Source: a virus
Length of the DNA: 64,000 nucleotides
Virus record (IMG/VR): IMGVR_UViG_3300027902_000006
Coordinates: 1-64,000 of that record
Strand: one strand, 5' to 3'
Translations under genes and position numbers: made by a program
In this document: one piece after another, positions 46,810 to 56,681 of the stretch
Layout: every line of letters begins with the position of its first letter
How positions within the stretch are numbered: position 1 is the first letter of the stretch
Notes under the pieces: model-generated
Told to the model about the DNA's origin: nothing
Databases searched by the model: none
The model's input: the letters and a program-made list of their open reading frames with translations, nothing else

Positions 46810-47286
46810 ATGCCGAGACCTACTAGTGCCGCCTTTACTCGTGCAGCATTTACTCAAACAACGGATGAAGTTGTTATAGAACTGCTAACCTTAGAGCATG
46901 AGCTTCTGTCTGAACCGGTTAGATTAGCGCGGAATACCGTAAATATTACTAGTCGTGGACATCTATATATAGGAGCGATGTTCGATTTAACTTGGCCTCA
47001 AGATAAAGAGAATGAACCTCCTCAAGCTTCTCTACGTTATCAGAATGTCAGTAGAGATCTGGTTGCCGCCATTCGTGTTCTCAGAACTCCTATGAATGCA
47101 ACTATAGAAGTAGTCCTCGCAAGTACTCCAGACACAGTCGAGGCGTCTTACACAGGGATGCAAGCTGTATCTAATACTTATGATGTTAATGTAGTCGACT
47201 TCTCGTTAACTTTTGAGCGCTTCATGCACGAAGGATTCCCAGGTAAAACTTTTGGGCCTGCCAATTTTCCGGGTATTTTCAAATGA
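46810..47286 (+). CDS. tail tip protein (DUF1833-like)
   Basis: LLTLEH..L..PVRL, NVSR, VVLASTPDTVE, FPGIF. Confidence 0.85.
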   Translation: MPRPTSAAFTRAAFTQTTDEVVIELLTLEHELLSEPVRLARNTVNITSRGHLYIGAMFDLTWPQDKENEPPQASLRYQNVSRDLVAAIRVLRTPMNATIEVVLASTPDTVEASYTGMQAVSNTYDVNVVDFSLTFERFMHEGFPGKTFGPANFPGIFK

Positions 47287-47687
47287 GTGTTCTTATTAAA
47301 TTCACTCAAGAAAGTATTGGGACTCCGTTTGTAGAGAATGGACGAAGTGCATCTACAGGATGGGATTGTTGGGGATTATGTGTCTCAGCATTTAAGACTA
47401 TTGGAATAGATTTGAGTAAGTATGAACACATTGAAACAATGGATGTCGAGAGTGCAGAAAGAGAGATTACGAAGCAGGTCAGTAACTGGACTAAGATAGA
47501 GCTTGGAAAAGAACGTCCTTGGGATGTTGTCTATATTCGCCCCGCTCATCTTGGGGTGGTAGTTCAAAAGGGAAAGATGCTTCACGTTACTCCTGGCTCA
47601 GAGACTTGTGTAGTGTCCTACAAAGATATTGCATGGAAGAATAGAATTTTAGGTTTTTATAGATATGGCGAACTTAGTAAAGACTGA
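47283..47687 (+). CDS. NlpC/P60 tail-associated peptidase (gpK-like)
   Basis: GTPF...GR...GWDCWGL, HLGV, MLH, GFYRY. Confidence 0.9.
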   Translation: MSVLIKFTQESIGTPFVENGRSASTGWDCWGLCVSAFKTIGIDLSKYEHIETMDVESAEREITKQVSNWTKIELGKERPWDVVYIRPAHLGVVVQKGKMLHVTPGSETCVVSYKDIAWKNRILGFYRYGELSKD

Positions 47688-50600
47688 ACCGATCTATATT
47701 TTTGCTTGTTCCAATCCTTTCAATATGGATCGGAAACAAATCCAACTATCGGACTATCGTCTTTCTCTCTATGAGATAATCGAAAGGCTTCAACCTAACG
47801 AGATGTATAGACATGGAGCCTATGTTGCTGTCAATAGTGAGGTAATTTTAGAGGAAGATTGGAAGTACTTCTATCCTGCTCCACGTTCAGTTATCAACAT
47901 TAGAGTCATCCCGAAAGGACCAGTTATTCCTATTGTTATGGCACTAGCCGCAATCGCGGCCCAGGTCGGTACACCACTAGCTGTCGCGGCTATATTAGAT
48001 ATTACATTAACTGCTACTACTGCGGCAATTATTGGGGCAGTTGCTGCTATGGTAGTCTCCGTTGTGGGCTACATTATCATGAACGCCTTAGTGAGACCTC
48101 CTGGGTCTACGGCTACACCAAAGGCGCTCACCGCTGCTTCTCAACGTTTTGACGATGCTAGAGACACCCCTTCTTCATACCTAACAGGGGCGAGAAATGC
48201 TACCTCTCCCTACGGAGTTATTCCTAGAGTTTATGGAACAGTCAGAATGACTCCACCTCTAGCTGCTCAGTCCTATACTGAGTTAGTTAACGTCATGGGC
48301 GTCCCTTTTGAATGGGTCGGACAAGCTAGTGGGGGTAAGTATTACGCGAATCAACCTAATTATTATAATCTTACAGAACAGTTAGGAGAGGCTCAATATC
48401 TCAGACTAGTAGTCTGTTGGGGATTTGGACCCGTCACAGTTAAGGGCTTACGTATCAGTACTACTGATTTAAGTGATTATAGTAATGTAGAAATAGAACA
48501 TCGGTATGGATATCCAGAGGATGAGAAACTCACTCTTTACACGGAAGATGTCTATGAAGAAGCTCTAGATGTATCACTCACGCGGGCTATTGGTTATGTC
48601 TCTAGAACTACACAAGCTCATACAGATGAAATCTCATTAGATATTGCTTTCCCAGGTCTCTACCAGACAAACCCTCAGACCGGTCAGAAACTACAAGTAT
48701 CAGTTGGATTCGTTATCAGATATAGGCCCGTCGGTACAGATGATAATGCTTGGATTTATCTACCTGTTTTTAATTGTTATGGAACTACAACTTCTACAGT
48801 ACGAAGAGGTTTCCGTTGGAAAGTTCCTAGTGGACAATATGAAGTTGCCATTGCTAGAGGCACAGATGACGATAGGAGTGGTTATATCATAGATAAGTCT
48901 GTGTGGGTACTTCTGCGTTCTATTCGATCAACATATCCCGTTAAAGAAAAAGGCTTGGCTCTTACTGCGATGCGGATTCGGGCTTCAGATCAGTTACAGG
49001 GAAATGTCGATGAACTCAACGGGCTAGTTACAAGTATCCTCAGAGACTGGGACCCTAATAGTGGAAGTTGGTCTTCTAGAGAAACCAACAATCCGGCGTC
49101 TATAATAGCCGATATTCTGTGTGGAAATCCCGAATACGGTATCTCGGCAAATACTAGGTTCATTTCCGACGACCGAGTTGATTGGAATAGTATTGAAGTT
49201 TTTCATGGGTGGTGTACTGAGAATAAGTTTGCCTGTAATTATATTTTTGATGCGTCTACTACTATCTGGGACGCTCTTCAATTAGTAGCAGCTTGTGGTA
49301 GAGCGACTATGTCAGTCGTCAATGGAAAATGGGGAGTCGTCATTGATAAAGAACAAGACTTTCCAGTCCAGCATTTCACTCCTAGGAACAGTTGGGACTT
49401 TAAGGCCACTCAGACTTTCCTAGATGAGATCCACGGATTTCGAATCAAATTTGCTAATGAGGAGGAAGACTACGCGGATGCAGAAACGACCGTCTACATG
49501 GACGGTTATGATGCGGACAACGCAACCAAGTTTGAAGACCTATCTTTACAGGGAGTTACCAACTACGATCAGATTTATAAGTTAGCTAGATACTTTTTAG
49601 CGGTCGGAGAACATCGTCGGGAAACTGTTACCTTCTCAGCCGATTTCGAACATATTATCTGTCAACGTGGGGATAGAATTAAATACTCCCATGATGTAAT
49701 GTTAATCGGGATTGTCTCAGGCAGATTAGCGGGACTGATTGACGACGGAGTCAATGTCACTCATTTTATTCTGGATGAAGTCGTCGAAATGGGGGAAGGT
49801 ATTTCCTATAATGTCAGATTCAGACTCAGTAATAATACATCTTATCTCTTTCCTGTTGTCACCATTGATGGGATGACTGATACATTAGAACTGACTTCTC
49901 CAGTTAATTTAAGTAGTTTGACTCTCCCAGAAATCGGAGATCTCTATACGTTTGGAGAAGCCGGTACCGAAACAGAAGACTTGCTAGTAAAAAGCATTGA
50001 GCCCGGACCTGATCTTACCGCTACAATAGAATGTACGCTCTATGCTCCGGCAGTATTCACAGCGGCCATCGGTCCCATTCCACCTTATGTGCCTAAGATC
50101 ACTGTACCTATATCGTGGCAGACTCCTCAAATAGATACTATTCTATCTGATGGAAGCGTCTTAATTTGGTCACAGGGATCATGGCAATCTAGAATTTTAG
50201 TAGATTTTTCTTATCCAACTTTCTTACCTCTCTATTCGGGAATAGAAGGAAGCTATCGACGGGCTCTCAGTGATAGTAGTGGAACTTGGGTATCCGTCAC
50301 GGCAGCACTTAGTGACAGTACACTCTCTTTCTATCCGGTGGAAGATGGTGCTGTCTATGAACTTAGGTTTAGATACACGCGGCAAAATGGGACTTTCGGC
50401 CCTTGGTCTAGTATCTATACCCATACCGTCTTGGGTAAAACCGCTCCTCCTTCTGATGTCTCTGGATTCTCAGCTAGCTATTTCGCTGGATTGGTGAATT
50501 TCAAATGGGACAAAGTTCCTGATGTAGATGTAGCAGCCTACGAGATCCGTTATGGAGAACCCGGAGGTGATTGGGAAGCTGGTACAGTTCTAGTTCAAAC

Positions 50601-51387
50601 TTTGGCAGCTACTTCTGCTATATCAGTAATGTTACCGGTCGGAACTTGGGACATATTAATTAAGGCGATTGATGTAGTTGGAAATTATAGTGATAACGCG
50701 ACGGTCACTCCAGTCTCAGTTTTGAGTATCTACCAGACAGTATTTAGACAGACCCATGAGAACTGGCCTGGTAGTAAGACTAATTATGTAGAAAACATAA
50801 TGACTGGACATCTCAATCCTACGTCAAGTATCATCGCTACAGCTAACAACTTTGATACATTTACCTCTTATGTCACTAGTCCGGCCACGACTTCAATTTA
50901 CACAGGAGCTACTATTACTCTGGGATCAGATGATACGGTACGTGCTTATGGAATGGTAAGGGGTAGATTGGGTCCGGGTAGTACTGGAGTCATAGCTCCT
51001 CACGTTCAAATAAATTACGGAGATGGGTGGAAAGACTGGTCTATCGGAAACGTAACAGCTTCGTATGTTCGCTTTAGATTTGTCTCACCTGCAAGTATTG
51101 GATTATTCTCAGTATCAGGCTTTGATTGCTATTTGGACAAAGAACCAATTCTTGAAACAGGGGATCTAAATGTCTCTGCAACTGGTACGACAGTAACATT
51201 TATGGAGAAATTCTATACTTCACCGCTCCTTCAAGTTTCGGCTTCGGCAGGGACGGGAAGTAAACCCAGAATAGCAACTTCAAGTGGATTAACGATAACT
51301 TATTTTGTCGCACATATACATACGAGCAATGGTACTGCAGTAGGTGGTAAATTAACATATACAGCAACAAGTAGGGAGGCTCTATAA
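47665..51387 (+). CDS. central tail fibre/host-specificity protein (gpI+gpJ-like)
   Basis: RN..SPYGVIPRVYG, TNNPA, HFTPRNSWDF, FN3-like GKTAPPSDV. Confidence 0.92.
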   Translation: MANLVKTEPIYIFACSNPFNMDRKQIQLSDYRLSLYEIIERLQPNEMYRHGAYVAVNSEVILEEDWKYFYPAPRSVINIRVIPKGPVIPIVMALAAIAAQVGTPLAVAAILDITLTATTAAIIGAVAAMVVSVVGYIIMNALVRPPGSTATPKALTAASQRFDDARDTPSSYLTGARNATSPYGVIPRVYGTVRMTPPLAAQSYTELVNVMGVPFEWVGQASGGKYYANQPNYYNLTEQLGEAQYLRLVVCWGFGPVTVKGLRISTTDLSDYSNVEIEHRYGYPEDEKLTLYTEDVYEEALDVSLTRAIGYVSRTTQAHTDEISLDIAFPGLYQTNPQTGQKLQVSVGFVIRYRPVGTDDNAWIYLPVFNCYGTTTSTVRRGFRWKVPSGQYEVAIARGTDDDRSGYIIDKSVWVLLRSIRSTYPVKEKGLALTAMRIRASDQLQGNVDELNGLVTSILRDWDPNSGSWSSRETNNPASIIADILCGNPEYGISANTRFISDDRVDWNSIEVFHGWCTENKFACNYIFDASTTIWDALQLVAACGRATMSVVNGKWGVVIDKEQDFPVQHFTPRNSWDFKATQTFLDEIHGFRIKFANEEEDYADAETTVYMDGYDADNATKFEDLSLQGVTNYDQIYKLARYFLAVGEHRRETVTFSADFEHIICQRGDRIKYSHDVMLIGIVSGRLAGLIDDGVNVTHFILDEVVEMGEGISYNVRFRLSNNTSYLFPVVTIDGMTDTLELTSPVNLSSLTLPEIGDLYTFGEAGTETEDLLVKSIEPGPDLTATIECTLYAPAVFTAAIGPIPPYVPKITVPISWQTPQIDTILSDGSVLIWSQGSWQSRILVDFSYPTFLPLYSGIEGSYRRALSDSSGTWVSVTAALSDSTLSFYPVEDGAVYELRFRYTRQNGTFGPWSSIYTHTVLGKTAPPSDVSGFSASYFAGLVNFKWDKVPDVDVAAYEIRYGEPGGDWEAGTVLVQTLAATSAISVMLPVGTWDILIKAIDVVGNYSDNATVTPVSVLSIYQTVFRQTHENWPGSKTNYVENIMTGHLNPTSSIIATANNFDTFTSYVTSPATTSIYTGATITLGSDDTVRAYGMVRGRLGPGSTGVIAPHVQINYGDGWKDWSIGNVTASYVRFRFVSPASIGLFSVSGFDCYLDKEPILETGDLNVSATGTTVTFMEKFYTSPLLQVSASAGTGSKPRIATSSGLTITYFVAHIHTSNGTAVGGKLTYTATSREAL

Positions 51388-52307
51388 TGCCTGGTGCAAG
51401 TTGGACACAACCTAATTTTGAACTTCAAGATGGAACGAGTTATAAAACATCTATTGATAATTGTATTCAAATAGCCGAACGTATGTGTCGAAATCGCTCT
51501 CCGAGGGAGATGGATACTCCGGCCATGCGTGTATGGACAGACTCTGGTATATTCTACAATGCCGCCTCTGGTACTCTCCTCGCCATTGCAGCTACTAAGA
51601 GTGCACTCTTTATCAGACCGGTCACAAATAATAGAATAGATCGACTTATCATGACTAGTATGGGGTCTACCTCGATAGTCAAAGGAGCATGTGCGGCCAA
51701 TCCTAGTCCACCTGCGATTACAGCTGGAAAATATCCGATCTGTCAAGTTTACATGAGTACTACTATTACTAAGATTCAAAATATAAATATTACTGATGAA
51801 CGTGTGAATTCAGCTTTGGGGCTTAATCCAGCGGCGACATCCATCAAGTTTACTAGTGCTACTGGAACATGGATTTGTCCGTCCAACGTTACTACTATCT
51901 ATATTACTGGCTGCGGTGGAGGTGGAGGGGGTGCAGGTTATAATGTCACCGGTGGTGGAGGCGGTGGAGCAGGAAGGTATGCTATTCGACACAAGCTAAC
52001 AGTAACTCCTGATGCAAGTTATTCGTATAGCGTTGGTGCTGGAGGAAGTGGAGGAGGAGTCAATTCATCCGGTAACCCCGGAAATATAACAACCTTTGGC
52101 ACGTCTCTCTTTACTCTAACTAACGGGGTCGGAGGAGTTCTGAATAGTACTCCAGCTACTGGCGGTTCTACCCCACTCGGTTTTGGTGGAATTGGGGGGG
52201 CTCCTGGTACAGTGGGTAAAGGTAGTGGTGCTGGTGGCGGTGGGGGAACTGCTCCTGGTACTGGAGGTGGTAACGGTTCCCCCGGACTACTTTGGTTGGA
52301 ATGGTAA
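51387..52307 (+). CDS. glycine-rich tail fibre protein
   Basis: FTSATGTWICPSNVT.I.IT.CGGGGGG...GAGG...GLLWLEW. Confidence 0.85.
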   Translation: MPGASWTQPNFELQDGTSYKTSIDNCIQIAERMCRNRSPREMDTPAMRVWTDSGIFYNAASGTLLAIAATKSALFIRPVTNNRIDRLIMTSMGSTSIVKGACAANPSPPAITAGKYPICQVYMSTTITKIQNINITDERVNSALGLNPAATSIKFTSATGTWICPSNVTTIYITGCGGGGGGAGYNVTGGGGGGAGRYAIRHKLTVTPDASYSYSVGAGGSGGGVNSSGNPGNITTFGTSLFTLTNGVGGVLNSTPATGGSTPLGFGGIGGAPGTVGKGSGAGGGGGTAPGTGGGNGSPGLLWLEW

Positions 52308-52337
52308 ATTCTCGAGTAAGGAGAATCGGTATGACAA

Positions 52338-52673
52338 ATGGTGATCTTTCTTGGAGACAAAGAATATGTGGCAGGCTGGTGCTTCGAAGGATTCACCTCT
52401 GCTGAGAAACTCACATCTCTACTTATAGAAGTATTGAAATTTATAGGGATAGAAACTGGGGAATTTATAATAGAAGAGACGGAAGACGTAGTTCGCGTAT
52501 CACTGCCAACTATTGTGGGAACCTCCTACCGATTTAGACAACGAGATCGTGTTGAGGAACGCGTCCGAGTTTTACTTGTCTCATGTACTAAATTTTCAGC
52601 CTATGAGGTTGGGCTCTTACTAAAAGATAAACTTGATATGTTGATGGTAGGCCGAGGGTACTTTACATACTAA
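52338..52673 (+). CDS. hypothetical protein, weak AdoMet-decarboxylase-like C-terminus
   Basis: VLLVSCTKFS...L..L resembles SpeD-fold C-terminus; self-cleavage ESH motif absent. Confidence 0.5.
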   Translation: MVIFLGDKEYVAGWCFEGFTSAEKLTSLLIEVLKFIGIETGEFIIEETEDVVRVSLPTIVGTSYRFRQRDRVEERVRVLLVSCTKFSAYEVGLLLKDKLDMLMVGRGYFTY

Positions 52674-52687
52674 GAGGAGAATAACAC

Positions 52688-52906
52688 ATGGCCCTAGACG
52701 ACCCTTGGTTGAAGGAGTTCCTGAAGAAGGTAGATGAGCAGACCGGACGACTTGAAGCGAAGCTAGATACTTTTATTAAGAGAGTTGAAAATGACTACGT
52801 GAGTAAGACTGAACTATCCCCCATCAAAATCATAGTCTTCGGAATGGCCGGTTTTGTCCTAGCCGCTTTTATAGCAATGCTTGTATTAAAGGTCGGGTGG
52901 AAATAA
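52688..52906 (+). CDS. small membrane protein (holin/haemolysin-like)
   Basis: AGGAG RBS; coiled coil plus C-terminal TM. Confidence 0.65.
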   Translation: MALDDPWLKEFLKKVDEQTGRLEAKLDTFIKRVENDYVSKTELSPIKIIVFGMAGFVLAAFIAMLVLKVGWK

Positions 52907-53415
52907 TGAATACGCAAACGACAACAGTCAGAAAAAACCACCTTCGTATGGCAAACTTCTTGGCTTATTTAACTATTACAGTAATGTTCACAACTCTCTG
53001 TGTGGGAGTTTTTTGGTTATTTTGGCCAACGGACGTTCTGGAAGTTTATTCTATCGAACTTCTCCAACCATCTGTCAAACAAGGTTGTGGAATTAGATAT
53101 ATTATACATTACGATAAGTATCAAGATGAACCCGGAGAAGTGACCAAGATGCTTATTGGAGAGGATAACAACCGAGCATATAGTCTAGTGGCTCATTTCA
53201 TGGGAGCATTACCTGCTGGAAGAGCGTTATCTGCGGAGACATTCACAGCTATTCCACCTTTCGTCAAACCCGGACGGTATAGACTACACTATCATATCAA
53301 ATATACTCTCAATCCGTTGAGAAACTTTCTTGAGGAGTTTGAGACTCCCGCCTTTGAGGTTACTCAAGGAGATCGAAAATCTAGTGACTGCTTTTGGAGT
53401 CCATATGGTAACTAG
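52906..53415 (+). CDS. membrane-anchored Ig-like protein, paralog 1
   Basis: N-terminal TM ending WP; IPPFVKPGRYRL...Y.LNPLR...FET..F.V. Confidence 0.7.
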   Translation: MNTQTTTVRKNHLRMANFLAYLTITVMFTTLCVGVFWLFWPTDVLEVYSIELLQPSVKQGCGIRYIIHYDKYQDEPGEVTKMLIGEDNNRAYSLVAHFMGALPAGRALSAETFTAIPPFVKPGRYRLHYHIKYTLNPLRNFLEEFETPAFEVTQGDRKSSDCFWSPYGN

Positions 53416-53869
53416 AGAACTCAACTGGAGTTTAGTTCTCTCGATAGTTATCGTAACTATCATGGCACTTACTTTTAGTCTGGGTCTCTATCTGATAGTA
53501 TGGCCAGTTAATGTAGTAGATGTTGAATCAGTCGAGATCTTAACTCCGATTGTCTATCCAGGGGAGGTTGTTAGATATAAAATCTGTTACGATAAGTTTT
53601 TAGACATAGCCGGATTCGCTACTAAGATCCTTACTGGTAAGGATGAAGACCTCGTACCTAGGCGCTACGCGCTATCTATGACTGTAGGTCTTTTCGAAAA
53701 GGGTATAAGTATTTGTGTAGAGGAGTCTACCCAAATTCCTATTTATGTAGTGCCGGGTCAGTATAAGGTTCGATATAGAATTATATACCAGATAAACTCG
53801 TTAAGGACACATACTGAAAATTTCGAGACGACTCCTTTCAAAGTCGTTGCTCGGGATGTTAAAAAGTAA
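53405..53869 (+). CDS. membrane-anchored Ig-like protein, paralog 2
   Basis: same motifs (IPIYVVPGQYKV...INSLR...FETTPFKV). Confidence 0.7.
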   Translation: MVTRELNWSLVLSIVIVTIMALTFSLGLYLIVWPVNVVDVESVEILTPIVYPGEVVRYKICYDKFLDIAGFATKILTGKDEDLVPRRYALSMTVGLFEKGISICVEESTQIPIYVVPGQYKVRYRIIYQINSLRTHTENFETTPFKVVARDVKK

Positions 53870-54039
53870 TGAGTAATATTGTAGTGTTTAAGGTATCTAA
53901 GAAGAGAAAAGAACAATATACAGATGCACTCGTGCGTAAACGAGCTGAATACCTATACTGGATAACGAACGGTTTTGAGTTTATGTGCCAAGATCCAGAT
54001 GTTCGAGAACGCTTTGACAATGGTGAAATTGAACTGTGA
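53869..54039 (+). CDS. small hypothetical protein (56 aa, not in ORF track)
   Basis: TAATG coupling. Confidence 0.5.
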   Translation: MSNIVVFKVSKKRKEQYTDALVRKRAEYLYWITNGFEFMCQDPDVRERFDNGEIEL

Positions 54040-54110
54040 AGGGATTTTATCCTCTACAAGAAAACAATCCCTTAGACGCCGTCTGACGAGCACAGAAGGG
54101 GGTAATAGAT

Positions 54111-54443
54111 ATGAAGATCAGGTGCAGTATATGTGGAGCGGATGTTTCCTCTGAGTTACCTGACGATACCGAGGTTGAGGCTTTCGTAGAGTGTCAGAAC
54201 TGTCGTACGAGGGAAGAGGCTCAAAATAAATCCGACGAGATAGTTGTTACTACTCATCAAGTCGTAGATCTTCCTCCACAACCTGAGCCGAAAGTTTCAT
54301 TCACGGCTCAGGTTATATCGAGATCTGTCGTAGAACAAACATATATGGAAACAAATTACGAAAGTTTAGTACAGAGGTTACTAGATGCCACTAGGATGAG
54401 GAAAAACAAACTTCCTATTACTATTGTTATAAGTCAGGACTAA
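54111..54443 (+). CDS. zinc-ribbon hypothetical protein
   Basis: CSIC...CQNC; AAGGGGG RBS. Confidence 0.6.
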   Translation: MKIRCSICGADVSSELPDDTEVEAFVECQNCRTREEAQNKSDEIVVTTHQVVDLPPQPEPKVSFTAQVISRSVVEQTYMETNYESLVQRLLDATRMRKNKLPITIVISQD

Positions 54444-55246
54444 CTAATCTCTTCTCTGAATTTACAAATATCATTGCCATTCGGACAGCAGGCGTGCCAA
54501 GAGGGATCATCGCAAATCGACTCGATCCCTTTTCCTTTTACAGTATTGGCAATAATACAAGTCGGCTGACTATGATGACCACTTCTAATATATTGTAACT
54601 CCGTAGTCAGAGCCTCGAAGCTATGCCCATCACAAGTAGAGACTCTCCACCCAAAGGCTGAAAATTTCGCAGCTAAGTTATCTAGCGGGATAATATTGTC
54701 TGTAAAATCAGTAGCACAAATGCCATTCCGGTCAACAAGAACCACGAGATTATTAAGGCGATGAGCAGCGGCGAAGTCGGCTGCTTCCCAGATCTGTCCT
54801 TCATAACACTCTCCATCTCCGAGAAGTGTAAAAACTAAGTTGTTCTTACGATCCAGTTTCAGAGATTTAGCAATCCCACTAGCATACGAAAGACCCTGTC
54901 CTAAACTCCCCGTTGTAAACTCCACACCCGGAACTGTATATTGGAGATGAACGCCGAATTTACCGCCCTCTTGACAGAAGGTTTTTAACCAGTCCTTCGG
55001 ATAAAATCCACAGTCTGATAAAGTAACATAGAGAATTGGGGACGCTTGTCCTTTACTCAAGACAAAGTAATCTCGTCCTTCCCAATCAGGCTCTTCGTGT
55101 CTATAGTTCATTACTGAGTAATAAAGAGTTGTGAGGATCTCAACGCAAGAAAAGGAACTGGTTACATGTCCAGTTCCAGACTGACAACACATGTCATACG
55201 TCTCGTAACGTAATTGTAATGCTTTATTTTTGTGATATTCAAACAT
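54440..55246 (-). CDS. transketolase N-terminal (TPP-binding) subunit
   Basis: GHVTSSFS, RDYFVLSKG, TTGSLGQG, GDGE..EG..WEA, TVKGKG. Confidence 0.92.
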   Translation of the reverse strand: MFEYHKNKALQLRYETYDMCCQSGTGHVTSSFSCVEILTTLYYSVMNYRHEEPDWEGRDYFVLSKGQASPILYVTLSDCGFYPKDWLKTFCQEGGKFGVHLQYTVPGVEFTTGSLGQGLSYASGIAKSLKLDRKNNLVFTLLGDGECYEGQIWEAADFAAAHRLNNLVVLVDRNGICATDFTDNIIPLDNLAAKFSAFGWRVSTCDGHSFEALTTELQYIRSGHHSQPTCIIANTVKGKGIESICDDPSWHACCPNGNDICKFREEIS

Positions 55247-55562
55247 CGTTCCATCCGTTTTCTCTTAGTTTTGAAAGGCTTTCTCCACCGTCCCATTGGT
55301 ATTGATCATTGTAATCCCACGTCCTCTTTAGATCAGTATATTCTTTTTCTGGAAGATGATCTTTAAGTGGAATGAATCCACCAACACAACTAGCCCATAT
55401 GATGTGCCTTCTAGTATTAAAGATCCAATAGTAATCATCTTCTCCATCAACTACGTCTAACAACTGAACTACTTTAAATCCATCTAAAACTAGTTGATCG
55501 CGATACCTTTCAAGAGTGTTGTAGATAACCACTCGATTAGAGTCAAATACTTCCAGTTCCAT
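55239..55562 (-). CDS. hypothetical protein
   Basis: AAGGAGG RBS. Confidence 0.65.
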   Translation of the reverse strand: MELEVFDSNRVVIYNTLERYRDQLVLDGFKVVQLLDVVDGEDDYYWIFNTRRHIIWASCVGGFIPLKDHLPEKEYTDLKRTWDYNDQYQWDGGESLSKLRENGWNDV

Positions 55563-55575
55563 CTTTCCTCCTTTT

Positions 55576-56559
55576 TTAGATGTTAAGGTCTAAAGCCCAC
55601 GTCATTGTAGAGTACTTAAAAATATTCAAACCTCCGGCATTTACTGGACGCTGAATCCAGTTCAACCATTCTGTTTTTTCAAAGAATCTTCGGGTCACTA
55701 ACTGTTCAAGAACATGAGCAGGCCAGTCGGTAGGCTTTGGAAGTTCAACGTAATCCTGACATGGATGGAGAAGTTTTGTAATCCATCTCAGAAATGGATT
55801 TGTAGGAAGTTTGTATGGCCAAGTCTCAGGATGTAGACAATACTGAAAGTACCAGTCTAGCGTCTTTTCGAGAAGATAGAATAAATCTCTATTATGAAGA
55901 GTAAAGTAATCAAACATAACTTGGCAGTAGGGTTCGAGTGCGAAGTTCACATACCACATTCCAGCGTTCGTGCGTTTCACTTCATGATAAAGAATTCCGT
56001 TTTTATCAATAGCGTTTTTAACATGGTCAGAAAATCCGTCTATCCAACAAAGGATATTTCTTCCTGCTAGACGCTCTGAACGCAAGAACCCTAGCCATGA
56101 CCACGCACCCTGATTATTTTCCTTACCCATATATTCCAAAGCACAGAGTTTATAGATGTTCTCCACCCAATTAAGAAATGATTCTCTATGCGTCCAGTTA
56201 AAACTATCTATAAGAAGATACGCATCCATGAACTTATTACCTTCCATAAGCATAGCAAACTTGGACTCTTTTCCTCTGACCTCTTGGTTTAGAATCCCCC
56301 ACTTAGTGAGATGCTGGGAAGCTCGGTTTGCTGCATAGACGTTCGTTTTATCCATCTTGTAGCGCAAGGCCCAATATAAAGCCGCAGAAGTCTGGTCCTC
56401 TAGAATCTTTCCAGCCACTCTATTTCCATCTGGGTCAGAATAAAAGTTAGGAATAGAGAGGATAGAAGGAGCGTTAGGTTCAACCCAAAACCACTTCTCT
56501 TCCTCCGCCATAAACATAGGTTTAGTTATACCCGCCCAATATGCTTTATCACCGTTCAT
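55576..56559 (-). CDS. alginate-lyase-like (alpha/alpha)-toroid protein
   Basis: ENNQGAW, IDKNGILYHEVKRT...WYVNFALEP. Confidence 0.6.
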   Translation of the reverse strand: MNGDKAYWAGITKPMFMAEEEKWFWVEPNAPSILSIPNFYSDPDGNRVAGKILEDQTSAALYWALRYKMDKTNVYAANRASQHLTKWGILNQEVRGKESKFAMLMEGNKFMDAYLLIDSFNWTHRESFLNWVENIYKLCALEYMGKENNQGAWSWLGFLRSERLAGRNILCWIDGFSDHVKNAIDKNGILYHEVKRTNAGMWYVNFALEPYCQVMFDYFTLHNRDLFYLLEKTLDWYFQYCLHPETWPYKLPTNPFLRWITKLLHPCQDYVELPKPTDWPAHVLEQLVTRRFFEKTEWLNWIQRPVNAGGLNIFKYSTMTWALDLNI

Positions 56560-56681
56560 TTACGCCTTCTCCTCGCTTCCATTTTAATCCGTGCCAAAAA
56601 TGAAAAGTAAACTAGCCAGCACCCACCTACGAGAATTGCCGAATCAACAAAGTTGATATGATCGTATAACCAGCTAAACAT
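56556..56681 (-). CDS. small membrane protein (41 aa, not in ORF track)
   Basis: MFSWLYDHINFVDSAILVGGCWLVYFSFLARIKMEARRRRK; overlaps both neighbours. Confidence 0.5.
   Translation of the reverse strand: MFSWLYDHINFVDSAILVGGCWLVYFSFLARIKMEARRRRK

Noticed and set aside
44777-52307. Diversity-generating retroelement targeting tail fibres
   Set aside because: No reverse transcriptase and no adenine-variant TR/VR pair seen in the window.
52338-52673. Functional S-adenosylmethionine decarboxylase
   Set aside because: Only a faint C-terminal resemblance; the pyruvoyl-forming ESH motif is absent.
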